From a virus (lineage: Duplodnaviria; Caudoviricetes), in IMG/VR virus record IMGVR_UViG_3300028592_000014, positions 1-54,406 of that record: a stretch of DNA of 54,406 bases; one strand, written 5' to 3'. Under the pieces are notes generated by a model. It ran no database searches. It had not been told where the DNA came from and worked only from the letters and a program-made list of their open reading frames with translations. Shown here piece after piece: positions 1 through 7,622 of the stretch. Positions within the stretch are counted from its first letter, which is position 1; each line of letters opens with the position of its first letter. A program made the position numbers and the translations under genes.

Positions 1-231
1 CACTCCTTGGCTCTCACTTGTGCAGCCACGAAGGTTACGTGCCTCATGATCTAGGAGTAACCCCAGGTTCTCGACCAGATCGCCACGAGACCTATGCGGA
101 GCACTATCCAGACGGCTACGAAATGGAGTTTGTGCCAGCCGATGAAGTGGATTCGCACGACGGATTGAATCTTGCATTCCAGCGCAACAAAGCCGCCGCC
201 CCCTCCCAATCAGATAGCGGGAGCAATCATG
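1..231 (+). repeat. Direct repeat copy 1 (partner 41189..41419)
   Basis: Manual alignment: 7 mismatches in 231 bp, perfect over 69..169; may extend left of the window. Confidence 0.97.
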
Positions 232-239
232 AAACTTAA
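1..239 (+). CDS. 5'-truncated hypothetical phage protein, near-identical to 41110..41424
   Basis: Same CSHEGYVPHDLG...YPDGYEMEFV translation. Confidence 0.85.
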   Translation, partial: LLGSHLCSHEGYVPHDLGVTPGSRPDRHETYAEHYPDGYEMEFVPADEVDSHDGLNLAFQRNKAAAPSQSDSGSNHET

Positions 240-429
240 AGCACTCCCCTCGATAAACCGGCCCTGCAAAGAGGCTGCGGTAACATTCGCGCTCGCATTA
301 ATGGATGATATTAAAAACCATGACAATAACGCAGATAACCAGGGCGGCGCTCTACCTCCGGAGCAGCAAAGACCGAAGCGACGTATCAATCGACGCACAG
401 CGGAGGCAGTTGCAGCAACTAGCATCTGA
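229..429 (+). CDS. 66-aa ORF overlapping the integrase start; possible recombination directionality factor
   Basis: GGGAG SD then ATG 229; position only. Confidence 0.4.
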   Translation: MKLKALPSINRPCKEAAVTFALALMDDIKNHDNNADNQGGALPPEQQRPKRRINRRTAEAVAATSI

Positions 430-1882
430 TCGCGGCTTTACCATCGTTGCCGAGTTCGCCGACGCGGTTGAATCCGGCAAAGACGAATTACGGGAAGGTT
501 TCCAAAAGTTACTTACTGCCATGCGCAACAAGCGGCGCGGGTGGGACACTCTCCTGATTCTCGACACATCGCGGCTTGCACGACGTCGGCATATCTCCCT
601 CGTCTTCGAAGAGGTCGAGGCTAAAAAGCATGGTGTACGGGTGGTGTACAAGTCCCTGCCTGACTCCGACCCGATTACCGAAATGCTTCTGAAATCCATT
701 CTTCAGGCAATGGACGAATGGCACAGTCTCACCAGCAAACAAAAGGGCTTGGCCGGAATGGCTGAGAACGTGCGGCAAGGCTGGCGTGCTGGCGGGCGGG
801 CGCCGATCGGCTACCAGCTCGAACACGTCGAGACAGGAGCAATGCGGGAAGGTGCGCCGGTACGCAAAAGCAAGCTGGTTCCGTCCGAAGACGCCGGCAT
901 GATGAAAACCTATCTGACGTTGCGAGCCAAGGGCGTGAACCGACCGAATGCGGCGGGTAAGGTAGGGCTGAAGGCATCGCCGAGCACCTTGGTCGGCATC
1001 GAGTGGAACGCCCTCACCTATGCCGGGCATACCGCTTGGAATGTCAGACATGAGCATGGACCGAGCGGGTATGCCGGAGGCGTCAAGCGGCGACCGCGCT
1101 CAGAATGGGTCATCCAGAAGAATACCCACGAGGCACTGATTACCGACGAGGAAGCCGAAATACTGCTGGTGCGGCTTGAATCGTTCGATCGTGGGCACCA
1201 CTCGCATGCCGACTACCTGCTGACCGGATTGCTGAAATGCCCCACAGGAAACAACTGGCGCGGCTCGGACGGTGGCGACGGCGGTTATTACCGGCTCGGG
1301 AAGGGGAAGCGGGTCAAAGCCAATACGGTGGAATCCGCGGTGCTCACCCAGGTTGTAGAGGACATGCGCACACCGGATTTCATCGAAGAACTGACGGCAG
1401 CGGCGCGCCAGCAGTTTGACGATCGACGCAAGGATGACGCCCTGCCAGCAATGAAAAGGGATGCCGCCGACCTGGAGCGCCGCATCAAACGGCTTACCGA
1501 AATGCTGTCAGACACCGCAAGGCCGGAACCGCTCCTGCGCCAGATCGAGGATTACGACGGGCAGCGCACGGCAATGCTGGTCGAGATCGAAAAGCGGGAA
1601 GAAGAAGCAAAGCAGGTTGCCAAAGTGAAAGCCTTAGCCGCGCCCCAAGTCGCGCGCATGCTAAACCTGATTGCTGAAGAATTCGATGAACTGGATAGGG
1701 AAAAACTTCGTGATCTTTTGAAAGGATTGGTTGAACAGGTCGTTTTAGACGACACTGCTCAAACTTTCCAGATCACTTACCGGTTAGCTGCTGCTACCGG
1801 TCTTAGAATGGCGTCCCCACGGAAAGACGAATCTATGACCGGGATTTTCACACATAAGCGGCGCATGCTGAAGCGAGCGTAG
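305..1882 (+). CDS. int: Large serine recombinase (integrase); start may be ATG 320
   Basis: YLRSS catalytic motif, ESG, DTSRLAR, G..P.GY recombinase domain, YLLTGLLKC zinc-ribbon-like segment, coiled coil. Confidence 0.95.
   Translation: MILKTMTITQITRAALYLRSSKDRSDVSIDAQRRQLQQLASDRGFTIVAEFADAVESGKDELREGFQKLLTAMRNKRRGWDTLLILDTSRLARRRHISLVFEEVEAKKHGVRVVYKSLPDSDPITEMLLKSILQAMDEWHSLTSKQKGLAGMAENVRQGWRAGGRAPIGYQLEHVETGAMREGAPVRKSKLVPSEDAGMMKTYLTLRAKGVNRPNAAGKVGLKASPSTLVGIEWNALTYAGHTAWNVRHEHGPSGYAGGVKRRPRSEWVIQKNTHEALITDEEAEILLVRLESFDRGHHSHADYLLTGLLKCPTGNNWRGSDGGDGGYYRLGKGKRVKANTVESAVLTQVVEDMRTPDFIEELTAAARQQFDDRRKDDALPAMKRDAADLERRIKRLTEMLSDTARPEPLLRQIEDYDGQRTAMLVEIEKREEEAKQVAKVKALAAPQVARMLNLIAEEFDELDREKLRDLLKGLVEQVVLDDTAQTFQITYRLAAATGLRMASPRKDESMTGIFTHKRRMLKRA
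1797..1842. other. attP of the serine integrase (tRNA-Glu-targeting), inside int
   Basis: CCGGTCTTAGA...TCTATGACCGG imperfect inverted repeat, 22+2+22 bp centred on AC 1819-1820; 1809..1822 is the reverse complement of CCGTGGGGACGCCA, a tRNA-Glu-type 3' end. Confidence 0.8.
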
Positions 1883-1900
1883 AATTCTATCACTACCAAA

Positions 1901-2134
1901 ATGGAGCGAAAAATGACCGAAGACCAAGCCAACCGAATAACCGCCCTCGCAATTGATGTCGAGAGAAAGCGGAATAGGTACGAATTGTTGGCGGGAAGAA
2001 ACGCCGCCAATATGAACAGGGAGGAGCGAGAAAGGGCGACGGCAGCCTACCATCTCACACATGCTGAATATATTGAGGCAGAAGCATTGCTGATGAGCGC
2101 AAAGCTATCGGTTATCGACGCCCCTGCCGTCTGA
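1901..2134 (+). CDS. Hypothetical protein
   Basis: 77-aa helical ORF filling the gap; true start may be ATG 1913 behind GGAG. Confidence 0.6.
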   Translation: MERKMTEDQANRITALAIDVERKRNRYELLAGRNAANMNREERERATAAYHLTHAEYIEAEALLMSAKLSVIDAPAV

Positions 2135-2558
2135 ATTCCCAAGGCGGCACCGGCTCAGCATCAGCCCACAGACCGCGCCGCCCTTCCCTTGCTTGATCCT
2201 GCAGTGCTGACAACGCCCGGTCCTTATTGTATTTCTTGTACACCCAGGCAAAGCCGCGCTCGACCTGGGCGCGGTTCACGTCGACGCCGTTGCAGGTGAC
2301 AACCGCCACAGTTCGCCCGTATCGGTCGACATCCTGAACGCGGTAATCAGCATCCTTTTTCCAGCAGAGGTCAGACAGGGATTGCTTTGAGCGCTGGCCG
2401 AACGCCTGGGCTTTCTCCGGTGCATCAATGTTGGCAAGCCGGACCTTCAGCGGCTTTTGGTCGACCAGGAGAGTAAGGGTATCGCCGTCGGCAATCCCGA
2501 TGACTTGGTGAGCTTGAGCAGGGATTGCGATGGTTAGGGCGAGGAGGAAATATTTCAT
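2112..2558 (-). CDS. Thermonuclease (SNase-family) with signal peptide
   Basis: DGDT, VRLANIDAPE, DRYGRTVA, GLWA..PPWEFR motifs; hydrophobic N-terminus ending AQA. Confidence 0.93.
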   Translation of the reverse strand: MKYFLLALTIAIPAQAHQVIGIADGDTLTLLVDQKPLKVRLANIDAPEKAQAFGQRSKQSLSDLCWKKDADYRVQDVDRYGRTVAVVTCNGVDVNRAQVERGFAWVYKKYNKDRALSALQDQAREGRRGLWADAEPVPPWEFRRQGRR

Positions 2559-2567
2559 GCGGGGATT

Positions 2568-2819
2568 TTACTTCGGCCAAGCCTCCACAGTTCGCGCATG
2601 ACGGATTTTGCAATCAGCGTATGCTGGCAGAACCTCGTCAATGATCCAATCCAGCCAAGCGTCATAATCCGCCGTTTCAGGGTTTTCTAGCGTTCGACAC
2701 GGTGCCGACAGTCCCGAGTCCAGCGGCGGCTTTGTTGGTGGCGTCAACAGCGGCGGCGAGGCTGCGCACGCGGACAGTATCAGGGCGGCAATCAGGAGGG
2801 AGAGGCTTTGCGTTCGCAT
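2568..2819 (-). CDS. Rz1: o-spanin lipoprotein (Rz1-like)
   Basis: LSAC lipobox, Pro-rich, overlaps Rz. Confidence 0.85.
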   Translation of the reverse strand: MRTQSLSLLIAALILSACAASPPLLTPPTKPPLDSGLSAPCRTLENPETADYDAWLDWIIDEVLPAYADCKIRHARTVEAWPK

Positions 2820-3099
2820 TTTTCAGATCCTTTTTAATATCGGCGAGCTGAGTATTCACAGCGAAGAATTCAATCCCCGCGCCGTCGGCAGCATCCTTGA
2901 TCTTCTTCGCGGCTTCGGCCAGGTCGGTGAGCGCGGCTTGTGCCTGGTCTGCGCGATCGCTTGCCCGATCAGCCTTGATACTCGAAATCTCGGCATCGAG
3001 TCGCCAGCCGTTTGCAGTCCAACCACTACCGAAGCCGATAGCCACAGCGAGCGCGCCGCCGACGAGCAGCGCCAGCGGGTTGAGTGTCAGCGGACTCAT
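2677..3099 (-). CDS. Rz: i-spanin (Rz-like)
   Basis: N-terminal TM, GWRL, coiled coil, follows endolysin. Confidence 0.85.
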   Translation of the reverse strand: MSPLTLNPLALLVGGALAVAIGFGSGWTANGWRLDAEISSIKADRASDRADQAQAALTDLAEAAKKIKDAADGAGIEFFAVNTQLADIKKDLKNANAKPLPPDCRPDTVRVRSLAAAVDATNKAAAGLGTVGTVSNARKP

Positions 3100-3593
3100 G
3101 ACTCACCCCGCGCCGCGCTATCGGCGGCAGTCCAGTTTGCCGCCCAAGTCTGGGGATGTGGCTTTCCCGGACGCCATGCGCTGATGTACTGCTGCCAGCC
3201 TTGATCGGCAGTAACCGGGAGCGATGACGGCAAGGTATAGATCAGCAGCCGCGCCGCTGTAGCCGCCACGATGTCTTGATAGCGCATCGCTTCCCACAAT
3301 CCGGCGTCGGTCGGCACCACGTTGTAGTCGGCGCATACCCGCTTCATGTGGTTTGTGGTGCTGCGATTGGTCAGCACCTCACGACAACCTCCAGCGCGCT
3401 CGAACTGCCAGAACGATGATGCAGGGCCGGATTCAGTCCCGCCGACAACCTGACGTCGATGCCGCAGTCCGGATTCCTGCAGCGCGATGGCCAGGAGAAA
3501 ACGCCGCGCCTCGAACGAATCCTTGATACCCGATCCGGCTAGATCAGCCAGCGCCGGCACAATCGCTGTCTTGAGTAAGCGTAGAGGCGTCAT
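3096..3593 (-). CDS. Putative endolysin (lysozyme/transglycosylase-like)
   Basis: ALQES and FWQFE motifs; between holin and spanins. Confidence 0.75.
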   Translation of the reverse strand: MTPLRLLKTAIVPALADLAGSGIKDSFEARRFLLAIALQESGLRHRRQVVGGTESGPASSFWQFERAGGCREVLTNRSTTNHMKRVCADYNVVPTDAGLWEAMRYQDIVAATAARLLIYTLPSSLPVTADQGWQQYISAWRPGKPHPQTWAANWTAADSAARGES

Positions 3594-3940
3594 GACTTGC
3601 CCTCCTCGTCCGAGTTCTTACCGCTGTCCGAGCGCGGAAACTTCGTCTCAAAGAACCCTTCGAGCTGGAACAGTGCGCGGCTTCCCATATGACCGGCTAT
3701 GCCGACGAATGCAGCGGTAGCCAACGGCGCGAACCCCGACCACTCGCACAGGTAGAACGTCAGCACGCCGGCGAAAGCGGACGTGAATAGCTCTCCGAAC
3801 AATTCGGCTACGTTGAATGCCCGCGCATGCCCATCCTTGACCTTTCGGATAAACGACACGGCGCCGCCCAAGGCAGACAGGCCGAACACCCACAGGTAAG
3901 TCAGGACCGAGTAGGTTTCTGGTGATTTTTCTGGCGGCAT
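3590..3940 (-). CDS. Holin (LydA-like, 3 TM)
   Basis: MPPEKSPE start, three hydrophobic helices, GHMGSRAL, charged tail. Confidence 0.85.
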   Translation of the reverse strand: MPPEKSPETYSVLTYLWVFGLSALGGAVSFIRKVKDGHARAFNVAELFGELFTSAFAGVLTFYLCEWSGFAPLATAAFVGIAGHMGSRALFQLEGFFETKFPRSDSGKNSDEEGKS

Positions 3941-3955
3941 CTTCACTCCCATAAA

Positions 3956-3977
3956 GAAAAACCCGCTCGCGGCGGGT
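3956..3977 (-). terminator. Intrinsic terminator upstream of the lysis cassette
   Basis: ACCCGC/GCGGGT stem followed by T-run on the minus strand. Confidence 0.8.
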
Positions 3978-4008
3978 GTGTTGTTCTGACTTGTATAATG
4001 CGAAGACT

Positions 4009-4095
4009 ATGCGCGAATACGGAATCGATCCCATACAGCTCGGCGCGGTCATCGCTGGCATCGTGACCGCGTGGCTCAACTCACGGAAAAAGTAG
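4009..4095 (+). CDS. 28-aa membrane micropeptide MREYGIDPIQLGAVIAGIVTAWLNSRKK (not in ORF track)
   Basis: TATAAT at 3994-3999, ORF fills the intergenic gap, single hydrophobic helix plus basic tail. Confidence 0.6.
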   Translation: MREYGIDPIQLGAVIAGIVTAWLNSRKK

Positions 4096-6264
4096 CCCTC
4101 TTTGCTCCCGCTCGTCTGGCTGCATGAATGCTGCTGGCGACATCAACAGGCCAGCCGGCGGCCTTGGCCCAAGCGGGATTTGAGACAGAAGCCCGCGCGG
4201 GACATCCATTGCCCTGTTTGCCTGCATCCCCACCGATATGTTTTGCGCTGGTCCAGAGATGTAGTTCCCAAAGGGTATCTTGCTCAACAGGGGGCTATTT
4301 GCGATCCGATCAAGCACCCCGGTAAGCGCCGCCGTGGTGTTTGAGTTGTTCACCGCCGAGCCGCGCGGCTGGAACTGCTCATAGCTGGCAACACGTCCGA
4401 TTGCTTTCAATTGCTGAATTTCCTGCGGATCGAACAGCAGCTCCAATTTTTGGTCGCCGATGCGCCTCAGGGCCTTATTAAGCGCCGACTGGCTAATGTT
4501 GGCCGCTTCGTCGGCAGCCCCATTAACTGCCTCGGACTTCAGATAACCAAGTACTTCCGACCTAATGGAATTACGCACGCCCTGGTTGTTACCAACAACA
4601 TCAAGCGTCGCCCGCAAGTCGCGCACGTTGGCATTCAGCACATGCTTTTGAAAGAACGCATCCGGCGCAGCGTCATCGATCGCGGCAGCCAAAGAGGGGG
4701 TTCTCTCGACCTGCTGCATGAAGCTGCGATTCGCCCCGCGCGCGGCGTTGAATGCGTCGATTGCCTCTTGGCCGATGTTCGGCCGTAGCTCTGCGGAGAC
4801 GCCGCCGGCCGGCTTGAGTTGAAACCCACCGTTGACGGCCGCAGGCGGTACGGCCGTATCTGCAATCAGCGGAGCATTATCCAGCGCCTGACGAATGAAC
4901 CCGAGCGCAGCACGCGCATTGCCATCGGTAGCGCCGCGCTGCGCATTGCCGATGATGGTTTTGAACTGCTCTGCAGTGTGGACATTCAACGGCACCCTGC
5001 CCGAGGCGAAATCGTTCATCATCGTGCGAATATTGTCCGGCACAAACGCACCTTTCAGATTGAAGTCGAGCAGGTTATTCGCCGTCGTGGAGAAGGCTTG
5101 CGGATCGAGCCTTGCGGCCCTTCCCTGTGAATCCTTGGCCGCGTTATAGAGGTTCGTGATTTCGCCCTGCTGCCGGGTGGCGTAACCGCCAAGCGTGTCG
5201 CGCAGCGTCTGGCCGGTCGCATATTGCCCTTGTGCTTGACCCGCGCCCAAGTCATTCAACCCGGAAATCAGTTGCCGATTGTTGGCATTCTCAACCTGGG
5301 CCAACTGCTGCGCTGCCGCATCCTTGCTGTTGGCGCCGATCTTCGCCAGATTCTTTTCTTGGGTGAGAGTTACCGGGTCAAGCGTCAGCGTACCGACGCG
5401 CGGCGTTGCGCCGGTCAGACGGTAATCGGCAAGTCTGCGGATTGCATCAGGAGACAGAACGCCATCCGAGCGCATTGCTTGCTGCACGTCGGTACGGATG
5501 CTGTTGCGAACATTGGCCGGCAGATCGGCAAACGACACGCCGCTATCTCTCAGCGCGTTATTGATCGTGACATCGACCTGCACATTTTGCGGCGCGACAC
5601 GATTGCGGAAAGCGTTTGCTGCGCTGGTGCCGACCTGCTGCACCTTGCTCAATGCCATAGGCGCGGTAATGCCAGCGGCGAGGGATGCGGCGAGCTGAGA
5701 ACCGTCATTGCCGCCAGTTTCGCGGGTGTAACCGCCGGCACCACCGGCAGCGGCTGCAGATGTCAACTGCGAACCAGGATTGCTTGCCAGTCCCTGAAGC
5801 GTCGCCTTCGTGACTCCCTCCGCACCCTGCGCCAGTCTCCCGGCGCCAGCAACCGGGACCATCGATCCAGCCATCAATCGCGCAGCATCGCCGACGACGC
5901 GCTCCGTCGAGTTCTGTGGAGTCGGCAGCCCGATCTTGTCTGCGGCATATTTGCCGATACCCGGCTTGATAGCCATCGAGTCAGGCAAGACGGCATTCAG
6001 GCCGGCACGAATCGGACTTGAGACAAACTCAAGTGCATCGCCGACGCCCTCGACAGCATGCCGCGCAGTCAATCCGACCTGACGCGGAATGTCCGCAATC
6101 TCGCGGTTCACGCGCTGGCCGAATGGTTCCTCCGGCTTTGGCGCTGCCTGCTGGCTGCCGAGTTGCGATTGCAGCATCTGGAACGCCTGCTCTTTGGTTG
6201 AGCCGTCCGGTCCGGTAACGCTGTATGTCTTGCCTTCCGGCGAAGTGAATTCGAAAGTGGGCAT
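4081..6264 (-). CDS. Internal virion / DNA ejection protein
   Basis: 727 aa, Ala/Gln/Gly-rich, last of three large genes after the tail genes, as in podoviruses. Confidence 0.7.
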   Translation of the reverse strand: MPTFEFTSPEGKTYSVTGPDGSTKEQAFQMLQSQLGSQQAAPKPEEPFGQRVNREIADIPRQVGLTARHAVEGVGDALEFVSSPIRAGLNAVLPDSMAIKPGIGKYAADKIGLPTPQNSTERVVGDAARLMAGSMVPVAGAGRLAQGAEGVTKATLQGLASNPGSQLTSAAAAGGAGGYTRETGGNDGSQLAASLAAGITAPMALSKVQQVGTSAANAFRNRVAPQNVQVDVTINNALRDSGVSFADLPANVRNSIRTDVQQAMRSDGVLSPDAIRRLADYRLTGATPRVGTLTLDPVTLTQEKNLAKIGANSKDAAAQQLAQVENANNRQLISGLNDLGAGQAQGQYATGQTLRDTLGGYATRQQGEITNLYNAAKDSQGRAARLDPQAFSTTANNLLDFNLKGAFVPDNIRTMMNDFASGRVPLNVHTAEQFKTIIGNAQRGATDGNARAALGFIRQALDNAPLIADTAVPPAAVNGGFQLKPAGGVSAELRPNIGQEAIDAFNAARGANRSFMQQVERTPSLAAAIDDAAPDAFFQKHVLNANVRDLRATLDVVGNNQGVRNSIRSEVLGYLKSEAVNGAADEAANISQSALNKALRRIGDQKLELLFDPQEIQQLKAIGRVASYEQFQPRGSAVNNSNTTAALTGVLDRIANSPLLSKIPFGNYISGPAQNISVGMQANRAMDVPRGLLSQIPLGPRPPAGLLMSPAAFMQPDEREQRGLLFP

Positions 6265-7619
6265 TAAGGCTTCTCCGTTACGGTCCAGCCATTGGGTAGA
6301 TTGTTAGCAGCCGGCGGCGGGGCGATGCGCGAGCCTCCAGGGACGCCAGCCAAGGTTCCGTGGATCGCAGTTTGGCGATTTCGGCGCTTCTGCTCGATGA
6401 CCGCATCCGAGTCGCCCGGTTGTGGGAAGTATTGCTTATCCCCGTTAGCAAATTCAGCCGGCGAAATGACAGCGCCTGATTCTTTACGCAAGGCGGCATT
6501 AAGAAAGTTGCGCTTTGCCTGCTCGACCTTTTGTTGATTCGCCGATTGCGTCCAGTTGGTGGCGGTTCCGAAAACATCGGATAGTGTCCCACCCAGGCTT
6601 TCCGTCCCGAGTCCAAGCACGCGCCCGGCTCCCTCCGCGAAAGATTTGATGTTCCCGGATCGAAGAACACCTTGATCTTCTAGTGTGCTCAAGGTTTTGT
6701 CAGCCTCCTGCATGCGCGTACCAAACAGATTGTCTTTCGACTGCGCCTCTGTCAGCGGCTTGTCCGTCCTTGGAAGTGGGGCGCCGCCGGGACCAACACC
6801 GGGCGCATATTGCCCTGTCCTTGGATTGAAGGTGAACGGCTGGCCGTCTACCGTGACATGCTGGACGCGATCAGCGTTTTGCTGCGCCCTTTCCGCGTTC
6901 TGCTTGGACAGGTTGTAATTTGCCCACCCCAAGCTGTTGGATGCAATCGAATCCGGGGATCGCGTGTGCTGAAGCGTTACGCCCGTTTGCCCTGTGTAGG
7001 GATTCACGCCGACCGTCTGGCCGTTCAGATTCTGGAAGTCCAGCTTGTCACGCGGCAGATTGTTATCAAGGCGCTTGATGGTGCCGTTCTTCCCCACAAG
7101 GTAGGTAAATGGCTGGCCGGTTGTCGGATCGACCCCAACCTGTGGACTTGTGCCGAATTCTTCCTGCTGCTTCGCTAAAGTCCGCTGCAGTTCCAGCCCC
7201 TTGAGCGGGTCAATCCCCATCAGGGAAGACACAAAGCCCTGCGTGTCAAAGCTGGGCTGCATGCCTGGAATCCTGTCTGCATTGGCCTGCGTTGGCCCCT
7301 GCCCGTTGCTCAATGCCATTTGTTCGGGTGTGCGCATCGCATCCCGCCCGGCCTGCCTGATTGCCTCTGTTTCGCCGATTTGCCGTTCCATTTCGCCCAA
7401 GCGCATGTTGTTCACTCTGCGCTGAAAGGCGCTGTCCTGCGCGTTCTGCATCCCCTGCACGCCAGCCAGCAGCCCGCCCCCAAGAATCTGCCCAAGCGAC
7501 GAGGGCCGCGTCGAGGGCCCCGAACGGTCGAGAATAGCCGCCGCTGCCGACAGCAAGCCCATGTTCTGCGGATCGGCAAAGCCACCGAGTAAGCCGCCTT
7601 GATAGTCGAGTTTTGCCAT
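6264..7619 (-). CDS. Internal virion / DNA ejection protein
   Basis: 451 aa, LRKESGAVIS..EF motif, synteny. Confidence 0.7.
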   Translation of the reverse strand: MAKLDYQGGLLGGFADPQNMGLLSAAAAILDRSGPSTRPSSLGQILGGGLLAGVQGMQNAQDSAFQRRVNNMRLGEMERQIGETEAIRQAGRDAMRTPEQMALSNGQGPTQANADRIPGMQPSFDTQGFVSSLMGIDPLKGLELQRTLAKQQEEFGTSPQVGVDPTTGQPFTYLVGKNGTIKRLDNNLPRDKLDFQNLNGQTVGVNPYTGQTGVTLQHTRSPDSIASNSLGWANYNLSKQNAERAQQNADRVQHVTVDGQPFTFNPRTGQYAPGVGPGGAPLPRTDKPLTEAQSKDNLFGTRMQEADKTLSTLEDQGVLRSGNIKSFAEGAGRVLGLGTESLGGTLSDVFGTATNWTQSANQQKVEQAKRNFLNAALRKESGAVISPAEFANGDKQYFPQPGDSDAVIEQKRRNRQTAIHGTLAGVPGGSRIAPPPAANNLPNGWTVTEKP

Positions 7620-7622
7620 GTC

